From positions 78,926,001-78,990,000 of the forward strand of contig NC_043002.1 in NCBI RefSeq assembly GCF_006345805.1: a stretch of DNA of 64,000 nucleotides. Reading direction: 5' to 3'. A program made the position numbers and the translations under genes. Position 1 is the stretch's first letter. Each line of letters starts with the position of its first letter. This stretch comes from Octopus sinensis (Eukaryota). Below are positions 40,402-51,900 of the stretch, in pieces. The notes under the pieces were generated by a model that had not been told where the DNA came from, made no database searches, and saw nothing but the letters and a program-made list of their open reading frames with translations.

Positions 40402-42378
40402 ATTTTATAAGAGATACCACCACACTGAAAATAATAGTCAAAACTTGACTCTAAAACTACATTAAATGTTCATACAGCACCAGGAGACAAGACAAAGAGA
40501 CAAAATAAATTAGCAAAAAAATTACTGGATAATTCCAGATCCTGGATTTCTGGCTTTGCATAAGAGATGCTCTGCCTTCATCAGTGGTATACACTCAGAT
40601 AGTACATAAATACAAATATATATACATACAACACACGACATACTTACATATACAAACGTATAATCATACATATATATGCACATACATACATGACCAGTTT
40701 AAACTGCCTGCCTTAAAGCTCCTCTTGCGATATGGTCAGAATAAACACTGCAGTGAATATAATGACGAAATAAATATATAAATTTTTATATATATATATA
40801 TAAAATGGGCTTTCACATTTCCAACAGGCCTGTCACTGGTTCTCTGCATTACTTGTAAATGAGTACCTCAAAGACATGTCTGTAACTTGGTGCAGAACAA
40901 CAAATATCTTAAAGGATCTTGTTCAAAGAGTACTTTTTTTTTCCTGCACTGTTGTTTACATCCTTCCCTAATATACCTCAGCAAAAACACACACACACAC
41001 ACACAGTTATGGGACAAACTGTAAGAAATTGTATATTTGTTACTGTGACCATTCAAGATCTAAATTGTTAGTTGTTTAAGCAATAATCATTACAGGTGCT
41101 TAAAAAATAGCTTAAGCTATTATAATTGTAAGCTGCAATTGAATATTTTTTCTATATTTGTTAATAATGATTATTATCTATTCCTAAAGTTTTAAACTAA
41201 TTATTGAATCATTCATTTATTTATACATTTATTTTCTTCAACAGGTTATCAACAACAAATGAATTACATTCATAAAGACGGTTCTTTTAGTATATTTGGC
41301 TCACAAGACAGAGATGGTAGTGAACTCTTAACTGCATTTGTCCTCAGAATTCTCGTGAAAGCTCGATCATACATTTATGTTGATGAGGTGCAACTTCAGA
41401 AATCCATATCCTGGCTAAGAGATCAACAGCTCGAAAATGGTTGCTTTTATGATAAACTGAATTATTCATTGACATTTGGACTTTATGAAGATAGGAAAAA
41501 TATGGAAAGAATTAGTACTGCATTTGTGATTATGGCATTACTAGAATTTGGCACACCACAGCATGTATGTTTTATTTATTTCTCTCCTCATTCGTTTATA
41601 CACAAGATTTTCACTCTATATTTCATTTATGGAGACCATGTAATCATTTAATTATTTATTTATTTATTATATTGACATTGCTGATATTGTTTAGCCCAGG
41701 GATAGTTTTCATTGAACGGATCTATGTTCAGATATATTCCTGTATTAACCATCATCAAGACTTACTTTATAGTTCCCTATTTCCTTTTTTTATGATGATA
41801 AGATGTGATTTTATGTGGATTTAGATTCTATTTTTTGCACATTGAATAACTACTTTCATTCATTCATTCAATCTGCTCTGAATGAATGAATAGTTTGACT
41901 CAGTTGAAGTTTCACAAATGCAGATATATATATCATCATCATCATAATCATCATCGTTTAACGTCCGTTCTCCATGCTAGCATGGGTTGGACGGTTCGAC
42001 CGGGGATCTGGGAAGCCAGAAGGCTGCACCAGGCTCCAGTCTGATCTGGCAATGTTTCTACAGCTTGATGCCCTTCCTAACGCCAACCACTTCGTGAGTG
42101 TAGTGGGTGCTTTTTACGTGCCACCCGCACAGGTGCCAGGCGAGGCTGGCAACGGCCACGGTCGGATTGGTGCAATTTACGTGCCACCGGCACGGAAGCC
42201 AGTCGAGGTGGCGCTGGCATCAGCCACGATTCGGATGGTGCTTTTTACGTACCACCAGTCCAGGGGTCCTGGCATCTGCCAGGTGCTAGTCATAGGATTG
42301 GTTCAATTTCGATTTCGATTTCACTTGCCTCAACATGTCTTCGCAAGCAAAGGGGGTTGGCATGGGTGCCTGTCGTCG

Positions 42379-42418
<40 letters not shown>

Positions 42419-43345
42419 CAATAAGAAAATGGAGGAGAACAATAGGTGGTTCATCAACTTTTAGACATTATATTATGTTAACTTATTTATTTATTTACTA
42501 AACTGATAATTACAATAATATACATACATATAACATATTATTCTTTACATATAAGATATAAGAAATAAAATATAGTAATATATAAGGATACCAGTAATTA
42601 TTATAAAAAACATGAATATAAATTGGGAAAATAGCTTACAGCTATTTCAGCCAATAGATAAAAATACCTCATTCTACCTTTATTACTCAAGTGGATTGAA
42701 GTAATAGGTAAATGAACATGAGGTACTTGTATATATCTCTAGGCTTCGTCAGAGATTATAAAGTACATAATGTTAAGTTATAATAAATATAAATATAAAA
42801 TAAATAAAATACACACACATTTGAATATACATACATATATAGATATACATAAATGCTTATATATATACTGAAATATACATACATATCTACATCTATAAGC
42901 ATATATAATATTCAGTTATTATTAATATTAGATGCCTTCTGTTATTCACATAGATAGTATATAGAATGTAGAATATAATATATAAACAGATATTTTTGAA
43001 AGTTATAAAGGTAGTAATTATACAATCAATATATCATACAGTTATGTCAAAACTAATCTGCATACACATGAGGAACATATATATGCATATGCACACATAC
43101 ATATATACACAAACATATATATACATATGCACACATACATATATACACAAACATATATATACATATAAATTTTTTTTCCATTTAAACATACTAAGATGTA
43201 CATATGTATTATATGTTTTGGAATGTAGGATAATTCACAGACTAATTTATATTTATATATAGAGAGAGAAACGTGGTAAACCTTCTTCTCCATTATTTAT
43301 TATTATTGCAGTAGTTTAAATCTTGCAGGAAGTTGGGAAGGATTA

Positions 43346-43413
<68 letters not shown>

Positions 43414-45165
43414 TTTGCGACCAAATGTTCAGAACGGCATTGTTTTCGTCAGAAAAGTAGATATAATTTTTTATCAAACTTGTTTTATATTCTATAATTT
43501 TCACAGACAATAAATACAATATTAATTGTTATTGTCTGGTGTAATTTGAGAGGATAATACAAAAGTTATGGCTGATTTAGTGATTTACTGCAAATCCCAT
43601 GGCGGCCAAAATGATCAGAACGGTTGAAAAAATAACAAAATAATCAAAAATGACAGAGAATACTGGAATTATTTAATATTTAGTGTGAAGCCCTTTAGCT
43701 TCAATCACACTCTAACATCTTTGACTGCATGAGGAAATTAAATTTTCAATTTCTTGCTGGGTGATCTTATTCCATTCTTCTGGAAGGGCATTCCATAATT
43801 GCTCAGTTGTTTTAGGATTTCTGGCTTTCGAACGTTCTCCTAGAATATTCCATACATTTTCAATAGGATTGAGATCTGGGCTTTGAGCAGGCCAATCCAT
43901 AACAATAACCTTTTCAGCCTTGAGGAAGTTCATGACCACCTTAGCCTTGTGACATGAGGCATTGTCATGCATGAATATGAGTGGTCACTTAGTTGAATTT
44001 CTCAGCACAGGCAAGACATGATCTTTTACAAGTTGTTTATAAACTCCTGCATTTACCTTTCCATGTAATCACACCAAAGAGCCCACACCATCTCCAGATA
44101 TCATCCCCCAAACCATGACACTTCCTCCACTGAATTTAACACTAGTCTTAAGGCATTTAGGCGACAATTTTTCACCTACTTTTCTATGAACGTACCTTTT
44201 CCCATCTGAGCCAAATAACATAAACTTAGATTCATCACTGAAATGCACCGTTTGCCATTTTTCTTGAGACCACAACACATGTTCGGTTGCAAAGGTAAGA
44301 CGACACTTTTTATTCTTGGAGCTGATCAGTGGCTTCACTGCAGGTGCTCTTGCTTGTAGGTCATGTTCAACTAAACGACGAGACACAGTTTTATCGAGAT
44401 AAAGTTTTCTTCAATACAATGCTCATTTTCTGAGAAACAGCAGCAGCAGTTTTAAATCTGTCCTTTTTAACCAACTTTACCGTAGCATGATCTTCTCTCT
44501 TGGTCGTTTTTCTTGGCCTACCTGTAAACTTTCTTGCTTCACACGAACCACAATCATCGTAGACCTTAAGAATACCGTGTACAACACTTTTTAACTTGTT
44601 AACAATCTTTGCAATAGATCCAATACTTAAATTATCCTTCCTTCGAAGCTTAATAATCTGCTGATGAATTGGTAACGGAGTAAGTGGCATTATATTAACA
44701 AAATACACTGCAAATATTCTTACTAATGTTTAGTAAACGAACCGTCACGTAAACAAATTCAAAACATTAGAGTTCGCCGGTTAAATATACTAAAACACGG
44801 AGTAAAAGCAACCGTTCTGATCATTTTGGCCGCCATGGGTTTTGCAGTAAATCACTAAATCAGCCATAACTTTTGTATTATCCTCTCAAATTACACCAAA
44901 ACCTCAGGCAACAACAAATAATATCGTATTTATTGTCTGTGAAAATTATAGAATATAAAACAAGTTTGATAAAAAATTATATCTACTTTTCTGACGAAAA
45001 CAATGTCATTCTGAACATTTTGGCTGCCACTGTATATAATAAGTAATGCCTTGATATACAAGTTAATTCATTCCTGGAAAATGCTCGTAAAGCAAAACCT
45101 CATAAACAAAAAATATAACTCATAGAAACTTGTAAACCTATGAGATATTACTATGTATGTATGTG

Positions 45166-45209
<44 letters not shown>

Positions 45210-48200
45210 GAAGTCTAAAGAAGCATTTCAAGGTTCATCAAGGTCAGACACCACAAGCAGTTCAAGTTGCACCAAGACTGGTGTGCAATTTGTGTAGACA
45301 TCTTTTTAAAAGTATATCTGGTTTAAAAAGCCACATGAAATCTCATACCAGAATTGAGCTTCATGTACACTAAGATGGTCAAGCTCTGTATTGAGCAAAT
45401 CTATAAAATTAGCTTCATTAGCTTTCTTAATAATGAGAGGATGATTTATAAGTTATTAACACCAAAGTATGCCCTGCTTACTTTAAGAAAATGCTTAAAT
45501 GAATGCAAGTGCTTGTAATTCTGCATTTGGTAGGGAAGAAGTTAAGGATAATTAGGTTATACAGCAACCATTGGTGTTATCTTCTAAATCTGCAGTTCCT
45601 AAACTTATATTGTTGCAGAGTTCAAGTATTTTTTGGACAACACATGCCAACCTAATTTTAAAAAACATTTAAATGAAAAGGAGAATTTGTTCATATAAAA
45701 ACATATGTAATACAGCATAAAAGACACATAACAGCATTTCAAAAGCATACAAAATTTGTTAACTTGACATCAATTAATAAACATTTAAGTGAAGTTAACA
45801 GTTTTGGTGTTTTTGAATGGTTAGTATGTCTTTCATGCTGTAATTGTCAAAGTTTCAACACAGCCTCAGATCAAATCACTTGCTAGGCAAGTACATCTCC
45901 AAAAAAAAACATATAACTTATCATTTGTAAGATGGTGCTTACTTTATGAAATCGTCATTGTCATCATCATTTAACGTCCATTTTCCTTGGTGCCATGGGT
46001 TGAACAGCTTGACCACTGCTTTGTCCCCTGATAATTTCTGCTAGGTAATTGTTAGTACCTTGACAAGTATTGGTCCTCCATGTTTTATGTGTTCTGGATG
46101 GGATGTTATTCACTCTTGGAGATTTCCTGTCTTTGAGCATGTATACTATCTCTTCAATTTCCTCCTGGAGAATTGGAGTCTCCCCAAGTTCTCTGTTGTT
46201 GTTGGAATTGTCCAGGATGTTGCTGTTATGTTTGTGTTTGAGATTGTATGCATGACAGAGAACAGAGACCAGTGGTGATGACTGACTGCAAAAGCATCTA
46301 GAATGGCACCCCAATGACTTGCTGCATTAGTTAAGGAATCTTTATGATGATGAAACATGTTTAGCACCATGGTGAAGAAAGATGAATTATATGGATCCAA
46401 ATGTTCTTCTGTCTTGTTAATGAAGGAGGGAAAGAGGGCAAATATGTCATTTTTTATAAGATCTACCTAGTGTTTCTGTTTGAGAAGCTCTAGCCTAGAG
46501 AGTAGACATGGAAATATTTATGAAAAATTCAATTGTAATATTTAACTCTTTATTAAATTTTAGGACCTGATCATTGATAAAGGGCTTAACTGTCTCCGAT
46601 CCCATGATTATGAAGACATATACATGTTATCACTCTATGCCTATGTCTTTACTCTGTATGGCCATGCTGAAGCTGATAAGGAAAAATATCAGAATGTCCT
46701 TGAGAGAAGATCAAAGGTTTTAGGTAATATTTCCTTTTTTTAAATATTCCTTTTATTTATTCATGTATTTATTAATATTTCCAAAGATTTTTATCAGCAT
46801 CATATGAAATGAACTTAGTTACTGTTCAGGTCATTTTCCTGAGTCACAATCTCATCCTTATATGCCAGTCCATTGCAAGGTAACCTATTCACAGCTGAGT
46901 GAACTGGAGCAATAGGAAATGCAGTGTTTTGCTCAAGAGCACAATGCACAGCCAGTTTGAGAATTGAAGCCATAATCTCATGATTGTGAGTGCAACACCC
47001 TAACCACCAGGCCCACATTTTCTTATGCAAATACACGTATTCTTTATGAATTTTGTTCTCATTCTCTTACTAATAAAATGGAACTGGTGTCTAATAAACT
47101 ATTCACTATTCATAATAATTATTCTGCTGAGATCAAGTTTGCCTTTCATCCTTTCAGGGGTTGATAAAATAAGCACCAGTTGCATACTGGGGTTCATGTA
47201 ATTGATTTGCCCCTCCCCCAAAATTGCTGGCCTTGTGCCAAAATTTGAAACCAATATTTATAAAAGTTTATTTATCTAAAATGTTTCCCCAAACAATTTC
47301 ATTTATATCATGACATCTAAGTTATTAAACATAGATTTCATATTAATCTGATGCAAGTATTATTTACACAAATATGACACATCTATTATTACCTCAGCTG
47401 AAAACTTGCTTACAAGTCCTATTTGCAAAAGTTATTTTGCATTAGGCACAGGAATATGATAAAGCAGTTTTGCATTGCCACTACATATGGTTCCAGATTT
47501 GATCTCATTTTGTGTACCTTTGGAAAGTGTCTTCTATCATAGCTTTATCTTGTAGAATTCATCACATGATAGCTGTTTATGCAAAAGCTCATCATATATG
47601 TAGTTTCATCATTGGTTTTATATCTACTTTACCATGCTGGCATAGGTTGGATGGAACATTTTCGAGGTAGTTTTTTTATAACTGGATACTCTCTTTGACA
47701 CCTATAATTTTAGTTGTCTTTAACCCTTTAGCAAATATTTTACTTGTTTCATGTTCATGCTGGCCAGATCTGGCTTCTTGCACCAACCCTACAATGTCAT
47801 TTTAAAAATAAACAATCACAAATCTCAAAGCGACAAAATATTACATGATTAATTCAAGACAATGTGAATAAATAAGCATTACATTTGACAGATTAATCTG
47901 AATGCTAAAGGGTTAATGATATGCTGAGATATGAGCTACCTATTCTAAAACTCAGGATACACACAATGTGTGTTTTGCCAATGTATATCAGCAAAGGATA
48001 TACACATTGGCAAAGCAAAAACAAAAACCTGGTGCTTTACAAATGAAGTCCCTTGAGTTATTTCTTCTGTTAACCCTCTCGATACCAACCCTGCTGAAAT
48101 GACCTCTGGTTCTGTAGTACAGGTCTTATTTTCATAAGTTTTGAATTAGAATCTTCCACCAAACCTTAGTCACAATTTATGTTCCTAACACTAGCTTAAT

Positions 48201-48858
48201 GATAACTAAGTTACAGATTGTCCACAGATGCAGGGACAGAACGACCGAGGAGCCGCCAGTTACCGAAACAGACACTCCGAGGATTTTCACCAGTTGTGGC
48301 CCTAATACCACTCGGTGTCAGACCAATCCGACGACATAGCTCTGACACTACCCGTTGCCAGCGTCCCCACCACGATGAGGAGGGGATGGACTTTGGGGGC
48401 GCAATCCATCATACTATTCACAATAAAATATGTTACTGATCTAAAATCAATAGAACAAAATTGAATATCAAAAACTGTGATCCATATAAGGGACCCTAAT
48501 ACCCTTACAAATTTTTTAACTTGTTCAATAATTTACTGGCAATTACTAAAATTGGATATCCTAAAGCAATCATTCTTCATTCATTATCTTATACTTGTTT
48601 CAGTTATTGAACTGTGATCATACTGGGGTACTGCCTTAAACGGTTTAGTCAGACAAGTCAACACTTGGTACTTATTTCTATGTTTGGTGCTTAATCTGTT
48701 GGTGTCTTTTTGCCAAACCACTATGTTATAGAGATGTAAACAAACCAACACCAGTTGTTGAGAAGTGGGATAGAGGGTAAGCATAAACATAAAGACACAT
48801 GCATATATCTATCTATCTATATATGCTAGGATAAAGTCAAAAATACCAGTTAGGTTTT

Positions 48859-48909
<51 letters not shown>

Positions 48910-51900
48910 GTAAACATATATATATATATAATTGTGAAATAGAAAGATGAATAATCTTGTAGTAGATTAATCACAAAATTTAACCGATACCTTAGTAGCA
49001 AATCACAGCAGTAAACAGCACGGTTGGAGGTACAACCATCTGGCGTTGCAACCGTGCGTTGGTGCGATAATTGAAATTAAAACATTATTGGTGAATTGAA
49101 GAAATGGAGCTGAACGCAGATTGAACAGAAATCGTTTTATTTCATTCTACACGTGTTTCGAAAGGCACAAATTACCAAAATCCGATTGATAATATGGGAC
49201 CATATTGTGTCTTTCTCTTCAGGAAGAAAAAAGGAAATCCGTTGGAAAAAAAACAAAACAAACAGAGGCGGAGCAAAAAACAAATCGACGTGCTCCTAAG
49301 AGCCCATGGCGAAACTGTTTATCATGTATGTTGAAGAAACCGGTGGCTGAAGAATTCAACGGGTCAGGCATCGGTCAATCATGTGGGGTGAGGGTGTATA
49401 GATGTTTCTTTGTGACCGAGAATAAAGTTTCTGACTATTTAAAGAATATTGGATGTTTTATAAGGGCGAGAAAAAATCTACTTAGAGACGTGTGGTGTGT
49501 GTATACTGTTCTATATATGTGTGTGTTGGCGTAGGGGGTAGAAAACATTTTTTGTGTACGTTTGTGCGTTTGATCGTCGGGGCTGTCAGTGGCTACTGCC
49601 GTGATACCGTTGGGTGGCAGAAAGAAAAAAAGAAAAAAAATATATATAATATTATGTTTTTATGTTTGTGTGTGTGTGTGTTCATCTAAGCCTGCCTTGT
49701 CAAGGAAACCCCCGCTGTGAAAAAACCAAGCCCCGTTGTGTCTTACAGGAGTAATTTTCCCTTGCAGTGGTTAATCATAGATATCTAAAGGCTATTTCAG
49801 AATTTGTTACCAAGGGCTATGGGTGCGGGGTATTATTTATGAACGCTATTTAAGGCCAGATAAGTGTAACGCCGCCAATGGGGGCATCGAAAACCGACTG
49901 TAAGAGCCACGTTTAATACCATCCGGCCTCTGGCAAACAAAATATGGAAGAGGTTCGGAGACACAAAGGTTGCACTGTCTTCTGCCCCTATCAATGGGAG
50001 GGCCACCGACAAATTGACCATTCCACCATTCCAAGCCTATAGCTTAAGTTCGCATCCTTCAGTCGCCATATTAGCTTACTGAGTCCCTGGTCTGGCGCTT
50101 GTTCACGTCCCGAAAATTGCGTAATGGTTGGAGACACGCAAGACAATCTTGAGGATGATGCCCCTACATAAGTGAAGGCATCTGAGTCCGTGTAAACCTT
50201 GCATTGGTAGACTGCGTTTTTGATCTTGGAGTTCGCCGACGTGAATCTTAATCTGCTAGGATTGTTTTCTGAAATTAGAACTGCGTTCCTGTCACTATAT
50301 TCGTTCTGAGACCTGCAGCCGCTTACTACTACTCTATTTCCACACGTTCCACTACGTCACTATTACTTAGGAATAACCCCTGATTCTCCCTATCTATCAG
50401 AGGCTGTCATTGCTGTCATTGCTACTGCCCGTGGTACTGCTATTTGCGGGAAATGATGCTGGGGATGCTAATGGGGCTCTCTACCTACACTCTACCCTCC
50501 CATTGTTACCGTCACCACAACAAACACCCCTATTTATAACTATACCCCTAGTGGGTACTCCCTGGCTGAGCTGAGATTATGTGTCACTGTACTGGCTACT
50601 GCTCTCATATGTACTGTACTGGCTTCTCATATCATCCTACTATAATTATTCCTACTGAGCATTAAACCGGGAGCGGAAGAGGCTGTGCCTCCGGAAAAAG
50701 GTGATAGGGTCTTAGTAAGTAGCCTATTATTATGGGAGGCGATTATCTGGCGAGGTTTTTAGTGTTGGAGAAAGCTATCCTAACTTTATGTGAGTTACCG
50801 TGGAGTAATATTTGGAATTTTCTGGGGAAGTTTTGGGATGGCTTGTCTAAAAACATGAGGGGGGGAGGAGTTAGTTTCTAATCTGCTTACCAAAGGGGAT
50901 TACAACCATATATGCTTATTCCTATCAGTGTGATGGGTCGGGACGCCCAGCTCTCTCGCATTCGGGTGGGTGATTCTCTCGGATTGAATAACGGTCTGGG
51001 TTAGTGTAAGACCTCCCGGACCGATAATTATCCTTGTTCGCTAAATTAATGCGGGAGCGGACTACCCCTACCCGCATCCGCCGCGCTCCCGTCCTTACTT
51101 AAAATGTTAATGTTATATATATAGCCACTGACAGCCGCAACGATCAAACGCACACACGTACCCAAAAAAGTACACACAAAATGTTTCTACCCCTACCGCC
51201 AACACCAACACACACATATATAGAACAGTATACACACACACCGTCTCTAAGTAGATTTTTTTCTCGCCCCTTATAAAACATCCAATATTCTTTAAATAGT
51301 CAGAACTTTATTCTCGGTCACAAAGAAATCATCATACACCCTCACCCCACATGATTGACCGATGCCTGACCCGTTGAATTCTTCAGCCACCGGTTCTCAA
51401 CATACCTGATAAACAGTTTCGCCATGGGCTCTTAGGAGCACAGTTCGATTTTTTTTTTTGCTCCGCCTCTGTTCTGTTTTTGTTTTTCCAACGGATTTCC
51501 TTTTTTCTTCCTGAAGAGAAAGACACAATATGGTCCCATTATTCAATCGGATTTTGGTATTTGTGCCTTCGAAACACGTGTAGAAATGAAAAATAAAACG
51601 ATTTCTGTTCACATCTGCGTTCAGCTCCATTCTTCAATTCACCAATAAGTTTAATATATTATATATATATCTATATATTTATATACATATATATTATATA
51701 TATATACATAGTATATATATACAATTTTAAAAATAGGATAAAATCTTCATAAGAAATTATCAAGTAGTTAGCATGAAAAACACCTCATAAGGAAAAAAAT
51801 TATTAATTATTCCCTTTAAATATATTTATTATATTAAGGGCATTACTATACATAAATGCCTCATGCTAGGAGGGACTCTTAAAGTCAAAACTACTGGTAA

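Larger units (their letters stand above)
48931..51655 (-). mobile_element. Penelope-like element (GIY-YIG, probably Naiad-type), 5'-truncated, with inverted pLTRs
   Basis: Minus strand contains an RT-thumb remnant ([22 protein letters not shown], about 50720-50880). It also has [25 protein letters not shown] (about 50165-50225), [10 protein letters not shown]....Y.L.WSI, and C-terminal CNLC...CPH. Inverted repeats lie at 49085-49595 and 51122-51648. Both flanks are (TA)n. Confidence 0.85.
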
